Shown piece by piece: positions 28,031 through 37,490 of a DNA stretch of 64,000 nucleotides. The DNA comes from a virus. Location: positions 1 to 64,000 of the IMG/VR virus record IMGVR_UViG_3300044994_000386. One strand, written 5' to 3'. The position numbers were made by a program, and so were the translations under genes. Positions within the stretch are counted from its first letter, which is position 1. The number at the start of each line of letters is the position of its first letter. The notes beneath the pieces are model-generated. The model saw only the letters and a list, made by a program, of their open reading frames with translations. It was not told where the DNA came from and did not search any database.

Positions 28031-30175
28031 ATGATAAATAAAAAACCACCTGTAATTAAAAAAATTGTTTTTACCACAGATTTAGTTGAAAAAACAACCA
28101 AAAGAATTCATGATGGTGAAAAAGTGCAAAAATTTGAAAATCCGTGGTTTGTAGGTGAAATTGGTGTAAGGAGAGCCGGTATCGCATTTAAGCTAAGTGA
28201 AAATGAGATTCAAGAGTATATTCGTTGTAAATTAGATATTCATTACTTTGCTGAAAAATATTGTAAAGTAAAAACAGAAGATGGATCAATTCAAAATATT
28301 AAGTTAAGAGATTATCAAAAAGATATTTTAGATCTTTATACTAAGAACAGATTTTCAATTTTAATGGGTTCGCGACAGATTGGTAAAACAATTAATGCGG
28401 CAATTACAATGTTACACTTTATTACTTTTAATAATGATAAAAACATTATGATTGTAGCAAATATCCGAGGGACTACAATTGAAATTGTGGATAAAATAAA
28501 ATCGATTTATGTTAATTTACCATTTTTTTTGAAAGTAGGTATTAAAAATTGGAACCAACAATCCATTATCTGCGAAAATGGTTGTCGTATTAAGACTGCT
28601 GCTCGAAGTAAATCACCTGCGATTGGTTTTACAATTGATTTTCTTTACCTAGATGAGTTTGCACATATTCCATCAAATATTATCGAACCTTATTACACTG
28701 CGGCTTTCCCAGTAGTTTCGGCGATTGAAAACTCTAAAATTATTATTACTTCAACCCCAAAAGGTATGAATCTTTTCTATCGATTACTTATGGATGCTGA
28801 AAGACCAGAAGGTGATCCCCAAAAGAATAACTATCGAGCAATGAGAGTTTACTGGTATCAAGTGCCGGGTCGATTTGTAACTTATTATAGATTAAATAAT
28901 CATCGAATGTATGAACATGGGGTTACAAAAGAACAAATATTTGAACAAGTTAAAGAGCACTTTAGTGATTTTACAAAGGTAGAAATGAAATTCAACTCAG
29001 AACTTGTTAAATATGTAATTTATGTTTATAATAATGATACCTGTTCGGAAGAAATGGCTAAGAAATTTGAATTTATAAATTCAAAAGGCGAATCATTGCC
29101 GATACAAAATATCGCAGAAGTAACAACTTGGAAACAAGAAGCGATTAAAGATATCGGTGGTGAAGAAGCATTTAACCAAGAATATGGTCTTAGATTTATA
29201 AATACCACTCGTTCATTATTGAATGAAAGTATTATTGAGTCATTAATTGAGAATAAAAAACATTATGAATATGAAAAGATTTATGAATTCGATAAAAAAT
29301 TAAAATTTAGTTATTCTGACTTGAAATGGATAAAAGATGATGAAGTATTCACACCAGTGATGAGAAATTCGATCAGGGGAGTGATGTCAGTAGATATTTC
29401 TGAAGGTTTAGGTCAGGACTATTCGGTAATTAATATATTCAAAATTGCACCAAAACCAAAAGAAGTAATCGATGTTTTTAAACATACATATACTTCACTT
29501 TCAGATTTCTTTTGTCTGCAACAGATTGGTATGTACCGATCTAATTTTGTTTCAGTAAAACAATTGGCAGAAATTTTTTACCTACTAGTGTTTGAATATT
29601 TTAATTATGAAAATTGGAAAGTAGTACTTGAGGTTAATAACTATGGTAATGAGTTTTTAGCACATTTGCCACACGTTTTTGATGGCAATAATAATTATGG
29701 TTCTTCAATATTTTTTAGGTATAAGCATAGATTAGATGCGGTTGAAGAAAAAATAGGACTCAAAGTCGGTGATAATAAAAATATGTTAGTAAAAGAATAC
29801 CAAGAAGCTATGGAGAAGCGTAATTTTATAATTACACAAGAAGATAACATTCGAGAAATAACTACATTCGTAAAACACATAACTCCGTCTGGAAATGTGA
29901 GATATGCCGCAGATATTGGGAATGATGATACGGTAATGACTTTGGTAAACTTATCATCAGTATTCAGCAAACACGCATTCAAAGAAATGGTAGAAGATTA
30001 TGCTCCACAGATTGTAGATGCCACAACTTTAAATGAATGGAATCAATTCTTGAAAAATATTGAATATATAGAAGGTACTGATTATTCTTCGCTTATAAAT
30101 GTAAATCGCAAACGTAAATTAATAAATCAATATAGGAAAAATTTCAGACCAGGAAATAATTGGTTAGGAATTTAA
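28031..30175 (+). CDS. Terminase large subunit (gp17-like; start corrected)
   Basis: LRDYQ, SRQIGKT Walker A, LYLDEFA Walker B, ITSTPKG, FNQEY, VDISEGLGQDYS, NDDTVM. Confidence 0.93.
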   Translation: MINKKPPVIKKIVFTTDLVEKTTKRIHDGEKVQKFENPWFVGEIGVRRAGIAFKLSENEIQEYIRCKLDIHYFAEKYCKVKTEDGSIQNIKLRDYQKDILDLYTKNRFSILMGSRQIGKTINAAITMLHFITFNNDKNIMIVANIRGTTIEIVDKIKSIYVNLPFFLKVGIKNWNQQSIICENGCRIKTAARSKSPAIGFTIDFLYLDEFAHIPSNIIEPYYTAAFPVVSAIENSKIIITSTPKGMNLFYRLLMDAERPEGDPQKNNYRAMRVYWYQVPGRFVTYYRLNNHRMYEHGVTKEQIFEQVKEHFSDFTKVEMKFNSELVKYVIYVYNNDTCSEEMAKKFEFINSKGESLPIQNIAEVTTWKQEAIKDIGGEEAFNQEYGLRFINTTRSLLNESIIESLIENKKHYEYEKIYEFDKKLKFSYSDLKWIKDDEVFTPVMRNSIRGVMSVDISEGLGQDYSVINIFKIAPKPKEVIDVFKHTYTSLSDFFCLQQIGMYRSNFVSVKQLAEIFYLLVFEYFNYENWKVVLEVNNYGNEFLAHLPHVFDGNNNYGSSIFFRYKHRLDAVEEKIGLKVGDNKNMLVKEYQEAMEKRNFIITQEDNIREITTFVKHITPSGNVRYAADIGNDDTVMTLVNLSSVFSKHAFKEMVEDYAPQIVDATTLNEWNQFLKNIEYIEGTDYSSLINVNRKRKLINQYRKNFRPGNNWLGI

Positions 30176-30187
30176 ATATATATATTT

Positions 30188-30601
30188 ATGAAACATCTAA
30201 AAGATTTTGAAAAATTCAAAGAAAGACTTTTTGATATATTCTCAAGTAGTGAAAAAAATAGAGAAGAAATGAATGTATCAAAAAGACTTAAAGAAAATGA
30301 TATTGTTCAGATATTTGAAACAGATCCTGAAACTAAAAAACAAAATGACACTACTTGTTTTTTAATTTGGAAAGGTGAAGATGGTAAACAAAATAATAAG
30401 GTTGCTAAGATATCACTTGATAAAATGAATGAATATGGTAAACCTATTTTTAAATTAACAATATTCGAAGGTGATAAAGTCAAATCAACTAAATTTTTTC
30501 TAAGTCAAGAGTTAGCAACACATCAGTTCTTAAACTATTGGGAGTCTCAAACTGATGAGGGTAGAAAGAAAAATAAAAGCTACAAGATTAAGAAATTTTA
30601 A
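30188..30601 (+). CDS. Hypothetical protein
   Basis: 137 aa; MKHLKDFEKF start. Confidence 0.65.
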   Translation: MKHLKDFEKFKERLFDIFSSSEKNREEMNVSKRLKENDIVQIFETDPETKKQNDTTCFLIWKGEDGKQNNKVAKISLDKMNEYGKPIFKLTIFEGDKVKSTKFFLSQELATHQFLNYWESQTDEGRKKNKSYKIKKF

Positions 30602-30879
30602 GCAACTTCCATTGTTGCTGATAAGCCTGCTGCTTTCAATTTCTCACACATCTTATTCAATGTTTCTTTATCACCGCGCTTTACTTCACATTTACCCCTG
30701 AAATGAACTATGTGTGCACATTGGCTAGCCTGTTCAAATTCATGTTTGCAAATCTTCATAAGACATTCTATAACCCAATCAAAGGTATTATAGTCGTCAT
30801 TATGTAGAATCAGTACATAAGGCTGACTTAGTATTTCATCTAGTTCGGTTTCTAATTTTTCTTTATAAATAGTTGCCAT
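30598..30879 (-). CDS. clpS: Clp protease adaptor ClpS
   Basis: LILHNDDYNTFDWVIECL..AHIVHFRGKCEVK. Confidence 0.9.
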   Translation of the reverse strand: MATIYKEKLETELDEILSQPYVLILHNDDYNTFDWVIECLMKICKHEFEQASQCAHIVHFRGKCEVKRGDKETLNKMCEKLKAAGLSATMEVA

Positions 30880-30882
30880 TTT

Positions 30883-31437
30883 TTATATAATATTATTTAA
30901 GTTTTTATTTGTTTTAAATTCTTTCTTATTAATTACATCAATAATCCTTACAGTTATTGATTGGTCATTTGCCCAATCTTCAAACATAATTAAATGTTCG
31001 TATCTATCATCGAAAATAATAAACTCTTCAGCCATTGGAAACTGTTTAATTTTTTGTTCAAAAAGGCGAGTTTTGAATTTGTAAGTTTCACCACCGGTAT
31101 TGCAATAAACACCCTTTGAATTATCTTCACTTGGTGTGAAAGTGATACTATGTAAATTCAATACATCTAGAACTTGCTTTTCAAGTTTATGTAGGCGACC
31201 AGTTGCTAAGAAGCAATATGTTTCTAAATCGTTGATGTATTTTTCGTAGAATTTATAAACCCAGCTATTTATTGTTAGATTAAAAACTTTAGTATTAAGC
31301 GATTCAGCATTTCCCCACCATCCTTTACCAGACCATTGCATACCAGTGGTTTTTTCCCACTCGCTTTTACCTAATTCAGGTGTGGGTGTATTAATTAATG
31401 TTTTATCGAAATCAAAGCAAACAATTTTTTTAATCAT
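30883..31437 (-). CDS. HAD phosphatase, Swiss-Army-Knife RNA-repair type
   Basis: FDFDKTLINTP, GWW, LATGR, IFDDRYEH. Confidence 0.7.
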   Translation of the reverse strand: MIKKIVCFDFDKTLINTPTPELGKSEWEKTTGMQWSGKGWWGNAESLNTKVFNLTINSWVYKFYEKYINDLETYCFLATGRLHKLEKQVLDVLNLHSITFTPSEDNSKGVYCNTGGETYKFKTRLFEQKIKQFPMAEEFIIFDDRYEHLIMFEDWANDQSITVRIIDVINKKEFKTNKNLNNII

Positions 31438-31573
31438 TTTTATTATTTTTATTATTTTTATTTATATATATAGCAAATATAGTTAAAAATGTATAAAATA
31501 GAAAATCTTTCAAATGAAAATATATTCTAATATAATTAATAAATTTTAATTATAAAAATAAATATATATATTT

Positions 31574-31984
31574 ATGAAACTAAATCTAAAAACATTAATA
31601 ATAATAGCATTTTTTATATCTTTTGTAATATTTTTTACTAAATGTTACATAGAAGGAGACAATAATCGTAAAGAAAATAAAAAGCTTAAAGAAGAAATAG
31701 AACAAATAAAACATATCAGAGATTCGCTCAGTTCAGAAAGAAGAAAAATAGATCTTAAAGTTGATAGTCTAAATAGAGAATTGTTTGAAACTAAAAAAAG
31801 AATTGATAAATTGGATAATCAACTATTAACCAATAAAATTGAATTACAAATTGCTAAGGATAAGCTCAGTTCTCTACAACATCGCCTGAATGTTACTAAA
31901 AATAAAATTCAAGAATTGAAGGCAAATCCAATAAAAAGAAAAGGTGATGATTTGTTAAATTCTATAAAAGAAAAAACTAAATAA
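31574..31984 (+). CDS. N-anchored membrane coiled-coil protein (i-spanin-like)
   Basis: N-terminal hydrophobic helix followed by heptad coiled coil. Confidence 0.5.
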   Translation: MKLNLKTLIIIAFFISFVIFFTKCYIEGDNNRKENKKLKEEIEQIKHIRDSLSSERRKIDLKVDSLNRELFETKKRIDKLDNQLLTNKIELQIAKDKLSSLQHRLNVTKNKIQELKANPIKRKGDDLLNSIKEKTK

Positions 31985-31989
31985 TTTTT

Positions 31990-32484
31990 ATGAAAATTAT
32001 AATAACAATCATTTTAAGTTGTTTATTAACTATTTCCGTTTTTGGTCAATCAAATGATTCAACATCCTATCCAAAGTATTATGTATTAAACAGTGATACA
32101 CTTGGTGTAATTTTAACTGTAGATCAATTGCAAAAAATAGATAATGATTTAGAGATTAAAAATCTATTAGAAAGTTCTTTAATAGATTGTGATTTATTAT
32201 CTTCACAATATATTATTGTTGTATCAAAACTTGAAAATAGAGTATCAATCTTAGAGTTAAAAAATTCAGAATTATTAAAGGTGACTGATCAACAAGATCA
32301 AATTATTAATCAATTAAATTTAAAATTGGTCAACTATGAAAAAGATTTGAATCTGTGTGATGATCAAAATAAAAAAAAGGACTCTATTATATCTAATCAA
32401 CAAATGACAATTAATAGGCTTTTAATAGGTAATGTTGTCTTGAATTTAGGTCTATTCGCTATAATTGTTGCAATTATTTTATAA
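31990..32484 (+). CDS. Exported coiled-coil protein with C-terminal hydrophobic segment
   Basis: Signal peptide ..SVFG|Q, coiled coil, C-terminal LLIGNVVLNLGLFAIIVAIIL. Confidence 0.5.
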   Translation: MKIIITIILSCLLTISVFGQSNDSTSYPKYYVLNSDTLGVILTVDQLQKIDNDLEIKNLLESSLIDCDLLSSQYIIVVSKLENRVSILELKNSELLKVTDQQDQIINQLNLKLVNYEKDLNLCDDQNKKKDSIISNQQMTINRLLIGNVVLNLGLFAIIVAIIL

Positions 32485-32545
32485 AGTGAAAAAAATGAGT
32501 TTTAATATATAATATATATTATACAAAAAATTATTAAATTTTAAG

Positions 32546-33211
32546 ATGAAACACATCAGAAAGTTTGAAAGTTACAGAATCTATAAAAAAAGAGAAGAAA
32601 TCATAAGAGAATCTGTAATTCAAGTAAATGACACTTACAAAGTAAGAACTATGGTTGATATTCCTCAATCACTAATAAATGCTTATGTAAAGAAAGTAAA
32701 AGACAACACAGGTAAAAATCTTAGACAATTCTTTGGTGATGTTGACATCGCAGAGGAAATTGTAAAATACATCACCTTAAATGGTTTAGATGTTGATAAA
32801 ATTTCAGCAAATGCTCTTATGGGCGGTTCACAAGGACAGTCCCAAGGTCAAGGTCAAATACAGTCTCAATCAGAGACACAGTCGCAAGCTCAAACTCAAG
32901 CACAAAGTCAAGCACAAACTCAAGCACAAAGTCAGGCACAAACTCAAGCACAAAGTCAAGCTCAAACTCAAGCACAAACTCAAGCAAAAAGTCAGGCACA
33001 AAGTCAGGCACAAACACAAGCTCAGGTTCAAGTTCAAGTTGAAGCCGAAACTCAAACACAACCACAAGCTCAAGATCAAGATGAATTTGAAGAAGTTCCT
33101 CAATCTAAACCACAGACTCAAGGCCAGGCACAAGAAGAAACAGAAGAAGATGAAGAAGTAGATCAATCTCAGGAAGAGACAGAAGAAGATGAAGAAGAAC
33201 TTCCTCTATAA
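32546..33211 (+). CDS. Protein with Gln-rich repeat and acidic tail
   Basis: MKHIRKFESY start, (QAQTQAQS)n, EETEEDEE duplicated. Confidence 0.75.
   Translation: MKHIRKFESYRIYKKREEIIRESVIQVNDTYKVRTMVDIPQSLINAYVKKVKDNTGKNLRQFFGDVDIAEEIVKYITLNGLDVDKISANALMGGSQGQSQGQGQIQSQSETQSQAQTQAQSQAQTQAQSQAQTQAQSQAQTQAQTQAKSQAQSQAQTQAQVQVQVEAETQTQPQAQDQDEFEEVPQSKPQTQGQAQEETEEDEEVDQSQEETEEDEEELPL
32885..33025 (+). repeat. Coding 12/24-bp tandem repeat
   Basis: caagcacaaact / caagcacaaagt units. Confidence 0.8.
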
Positions 33212-33408
33212 TACGGGATGATTATTTCGTTTTTTTTTTTTTCTATTAAGTAATACATTTTTAACATAGATCTTATAAAAAAGTATCAATAAATTGGTAC
33301 TTTTTTTATTTTATGTAGGATATTTGAAACAAAATTGCGATATTGATAATGACACAGAATTAATAGAAAAATCATAAAATTACTAAGGTTATTTTAATAT
33401 ATAATCTT

Positions 33409-34131
33409 GTGAAACACTTAAAGCTTTTTGAATCATTTAAGAAATTTTATTTTGATAGTATAGATGAGATGGAAGTCGAGAATCCAATTTACCGTTGGTC
33501 TGTTTTCATTTCACCTAAGATCACGAGAATATCAGAATCAAACCAGAATGATTCAACACTCTTAATTGTTGATGTCCAGAAATCATTCAAGAAATGGTTC
33601 ACTGAAAAGTATGTAAATGAATTAAAGAAATATGCTTCTCAATTTACTAATGTTTATCAAATCTGGGATAACCATGTCGATGGTAAAAATGTAGATAAAG
33701 ATTATCTTTATGATCGAAATCCAAAAGTACCGGTACACAATGATTTATATACTTTTCCGAATCAAAAAGATCTCATTGAAAAAAGATACAACTATAATGT
33801 AAATGCTGATTTTTATAGAAAAATTCTTGATAAAGAAGTTTACCAAGAAATTATTAATAGAGAAAATAGAAAAGAATTAAAAAAAGGTGATATTTTTCCG
33901 ACTAAAGAAGGAACATATATTGTATATGTTGGAAATAATCATAAGTGGCACCATCTTAGTAAGAAATTATATGATCTATTAGTTAGTTTAAAAAATAAAA
34001 CGGTCACTATAGTTGGTGGATCGGACAGTGAGTGTCTAGAAGACATTTACACTGCTGCTTTATCGTTAGGTGTTAAAATAAAAAGAGATTGGAAGTTTAT
34101 ATATACATCCACAAGCTGTCCTATAAAATAA
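33409..34131 (+). CDS. Isochorismatase/cysteine-hydrolase-like protein
   Basis: LLIVDVQ, LIEKRY, VTIVGGSDSECL. Confidence 0.6.
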   Translation: MKHLKLFESFKKFYFDSIDEMEVENPIYRWSVFISPKITRISESNQNDSTLLIVDVQKSFKKWFTEKYVNELKKYASQFTNVYQIWDNHVDGKNVDKDYLYDRNPKVPVHNDLYTFPNQKDLIEKRYNYNVNADFYRKILDKEVYQEIINRENRKELKKGDIFPTKEGTYIVYVGNNHKWHHLSKKLYDLLVSLKNKTVTIVGGSDSECLEDIYTAALSLGVKIKRDWKFIYTSTSCPIK

Positions 34132-34176
34132 ATCTATTAAATAGATTGTCCTTTAAAAGTTTACTTACCCTATAAT

Positions 34177-34566
34177 TTAATTAATCCCGTAAATTGAACC
34201 AATTTGTGCAAATACTTTGTAATCTTGTATTTGAAAGTTAATAAACATGATATCTTGATAATTACCAGGATCTTGAGCAAAAACCACATCTAAGTCATAA
34301 TTAAGGTTAATAATTTCTGGAATGTATCTTTGTATCTGAGCATTCAACTGTCTTTTAACAAAATCGGCAGAAACACTAGTTTCATATAATAGCTCTTCGA
34401 GATTTCCGCCAAAATTTGGTTCACCTAAAACTTCACCTTGGTTTGTAAACAATATCATTTCATATTTTTGTATAATAACACGAATAATATCATCTTCATC
34501 TAATCGGTTAGGATTATAATTTGGATGATTTGGGTATTCGATGTATAAATCTATAAAATCAATCAT
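34177..34566 (-). CDS. Baseplate wedge protein (gp25-like)
   Basis: ILFTNQGEVLGEPNFGGNLEELLYE..QIQRYIP. Confidence 0.8.
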   Translation of the reverse strand: MIDFIDLYIEYPNHPNYNPNRLDEDDIIRVIIQKYEMILFTNQGEVLGEPNFGGNLEELLYETSVSADFVKRQLNAQIQRYIPEIINLNYDLDVVFAQDPGNYQDIMFINFQIQDYKVFAQIGSIYGIN

Positions 34567-34742
34567 AAATTATATATTAACTTTATATATATACATTATA
34601 TGAAGTATTAAAAAATTATTTTTTTAACGACAAATAGTCTTAATTAATAATAGTAATAGTTTTAAAAAAAAATATAAGAGGTCAAGCAGTAAAAACGTTA
34701 AGGTTAAGAATTAATTAATTGGCTACAAAGAGTTAAAGATAT

Positions 34743-35720
34743 CTAAAATAATTCTTTGAATTTACCAATTACTGTCATTCCAAGTACAATAGGGTCTGTA
34801 CTAGTTTCTAATAATCTAGTATGTTCGGTGATGATATAATTAGCTTGAAACAATTTGTCTATATTTTCTCTTTTCTCATTAATTGACCACTCAATAAAAG
34901 GTCGACCTAAAAAAAATAACATTTCATCAATCTTTTCAGCACCAAAATTATTCATTAACCAATGATAACAATATTCATAAGATTTTGATTTATCATAAAT
35001 CAAATTATAAAGATCTAATTTTAATTTAATATTCATGTTTGGAGTTGAGGCACTACTTTCACCAGTTTGTTTAAAATTATCCACTTCAATTAAAATAGCA
35101 CGTATATCAGGAAATTTTTTGTTAATAATCCTGATCAACTCATCCTTTGAAATCTCAAATCCTTCATTCTTAGCGATCACATCTTGTACACGCTTGTAAA
35201 TTCCTATTTTAAGAGCCTTTTCTTCTTCCTGATTCTGGGCATCAAAATTAACCTCAACAAACCTTGAACGAATTCCAGCTGAAACTTTATTGATGTGATT
35301 TGTGTTTAAAATGAATCTTACATTCTTAGCTGAGTACTCTTCAATATAGGCTTTGAGTGCATCTTGATATTGTGCAGATGTTCTTTCAAACTCATCCAAA
35401 AAAACATACTTCATTGAATCAGATGTAATTGTAGATTCAATATCAAAGCCCATATAAACCCTAGAGCAAAAAGAATCAATCTTTTCGCGTAAAGTATCAA
35501 TCGAGGTATAAAACGAAGAATTAATTTCCAAAAAAGGTTTATCTTTAGTATACTTACCTATTAATATTCGAGCTAGTGTGGTTTTACCTGTGCCAAAATG
35601 ACCATATAAAATAACATTTTGTGTTAAACCTTTTTCAAAAATTTTACGGATTCTTGGAAGTAAGATAATTTCATCTAAGGTCTTAGGTCTATATTTTTCA
35701 GAAAGTAATAATTGCTTCAT
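34743..35720 (-). CDS. Sliding-clamp loader AAA+ subunit (gp44/RFC-like)
   Basis: EKYRPKTL, GHFGTGKTT, LDEFE, IRSRF, FPDIR. Confidence 0.9.
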   Translation of the reverse strand: MKQLLLSEKYRPKTLDEIILLPRIRKIFEKGLTQNVILYGHFGTGKTTLARILIGKYTKDKPFLEINSSFYTSIDTLREKIDSFCSRVYMGFDIESTITSDSMKYVFLDEFERTSAQYQDALKAYIEEYSAKNVRFILNTNHINKVSAGIRSRFVEVNFDAQNQEEEKALKIGIYKRVQDVIAKNEGFEISKDELIRIINKKFPDIRAILIEVDNFKQTGESSASTPNMNIKLKLDLYNLIYDKSKSYEYCYHWLMNNFGAEKIDEMLFFLGRPFIEWSINEKRENIDKLFQANYIITEHTRLLETSTDPIVLGMTVIGKFKELF

Positions 35721-35766
35721 ATCATTTATAATTTGTCATGATTATAAGTTGAAGCACATCTGAAGT

Positions 35767-36477
35767 TTATATTTCTTTTAATTGTAAAATAAAGGTATTT
35801 AGGTTTCCTAAATTTGATGAATCGGAAAAACATTCAATTTCTAAATTATGAGATTTGAAATCGATTTTTTTTAATTGTATTTTAATCAAATTTTTGATTC
35901 TAAAAAATTCTTTTTTAATCTCTTTCAATTTCTTTTTAGCATCTATCGAATCATAATGATCAAATTCTTTATATAATTGATCAATCTCATTCTTATCACA
36001 AGATAACTCTTCTTCATTAATGTGAAATTCTATTGAAAAAATGGGTTGTTTTTGCCAATTATAAAATTGATCAATTTCTAAACTATCAATAATTTTACCA
36101 CCTAAAATCTCATATTCTAAAACTGGTTTTAATAATTCTTTAATTTCTGATTTAGTGTGTTTTGCTTTCTTAGTTGTTATAGATAAATAATAAAGATCTT
36201 CAACTATCTGTAATTTTTCTTTTTTTCTGTAATCAGATTTTTCGAGTTCATTGATAAGACAATCTATGTTGAAATTGTATGGCTTTTTACCAGATCTTGA
36301 CCATCCTTTATTCATGTCTAAACAACCGGTAAATAAAGAACTACACTTACCATAAAATCCACCAAATGATTCTGTAGCACCAATTGACCAAAGATAATCA
36401 GACATATCAACTATTATTTCTAGTTTTTGCCTTAAGCTCACTCCGTTCTGTGATTCAAAATATTTTAAATACTTCAT
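35767..36477 (-). CDS. Hypothetical protein
   Basis: 236 aa; MKYLKYFES start. Confidence 0.65.
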   Translation of the reverse strand: MKYLKYFESQNGVSLRQKLEIIVDMSDYLWSIGATESFGGFYGKCSSLFTGCLDMNKGWSRSGKKPYNFNIDCLINELEKSDYRKKEKLQIVEDLYYLSITTKKAKHTKSEIKELLKPVLEYEILGGKIIDSLEIDQFYNWQKQPIFSIEFHINEEELSCDKNEIDQLYKEFDHYDSIDAKKKLKEIKKEFFRIKNLIKIQLKKIDFKSHNLEIECFSDSSNLGNLNTFILQLKEI

Positions 36478-36607
36478 TATTAGATTATATTAGTTTTAAT
36501 AATATCACCGGAATATCACGACTTTTAAGTCTGACATATTCGTTGTTGTATTTTTTTTTATATATTATTTCGAGTAATGGAATTATGATAATTTTATATA
36601 TAACTCT

Positions 36608-37399
36608 ATGATTGGAGAAAGATTTAATTTTGACGACGTATTTTTTAGAGATTTAACTGTATGTGTTTTAGATACATTAGAAGGCCAAATTAAATGGACG
36701 AATCGATTTAGTTCGGGTAACCGAGTAGTTAATGTACCTTTTTATTATTCAATTACTGGTGATGAAAGATTCTTAATGGATTCTTTTTCTGATGACGTGG
36801 TTTCGGAAAATAGATTTGTAGATTTAAACACTGATATCATACCGCGCGGTCATTTGACGTTAACGGGATTTGATATTCGTTCTGATGAGTTTGCGAATCC
36901 GAATGTCTGGCTCAAGATGGTAATTGAAAATGATGCTGAAATTAGAAAAGTGTTAACTAAAATTAGAGCTATTCCTATTTCATGTAAATATGATCTTACT
37001 ATACTTTTAGAATCTGAAATTGATGTTTTTAAATGTAGCCAATCAATTATGGATACCTTGTGGCTCTATAAATTTATGTACTTTGAACATAACTTTATGA
37101 ATATTGATGCCGTGATGCTTTTACCAGATTCAAATCAAATCGAAATTTCAAGAGAAAAAAGCCTGACTTCTGATAATCAAATCAAGTTATCATTATCCCT
37201 TGAAGTTCAAACTTATTATCCAGCATTTAGAAAACCTACAGTAAATCCTGACGGTAGTTTTGACCTAACAAGTCAAGGAAACGGCAGTCCTAAAAATGAT
37301 TTATTTGATATCATGGTATATCCTAAAAAAACAAAGTGGTATACTAATATTTTAGAGGCCAGAAAACGATTCAAAGGGGGACAATCTAACACAAATTGA
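36608..37399 (+). CDS. Tail terminator/sheath stabiliser (gp15-like)
   Basis: VPFYY, IPRGHL, AIPISCKYDLTI, LSLEVQTYYP. Confidence 0.55.
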   Translation: MIGERFNFDDVFFRDLTVCVLDTLEGQIKWTNRFSSGNRVVNVPFYYSITGDERFLMDSFSDDVVSENRFVDLNTDIIPRGHLTLTGFDIRSDEFANPNVWLKMVIENDAEIRKVLTKIRAIPISCKYDLTILLESEIDVFKCSQSIMDTLWLYKFMYFEHNFMNIDAVMLLPDSNQIEISREKSLTSDNQIKLSLSLEVQTYYPAFRKPTVNPDGSFDLTSQGNGSPKNDLFDIMVYPKKTKWYTNILEARKRFKGGQSNTN

Positions 37400-37490
37400 G
37401 ATAATCTAATAAGTTACCAAAATGAGAAAAAATGAGTTTTGGAACTAAATATATAGGTATAATAAACATAAAAAATAACAATTCACAATT

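Noticed and set aside
32790-33166. Alternative-frame ORFs (HKLK, CLSL, LEFV repeats)
   Set aside because: By-products of the Gln-rich tandem repeat.
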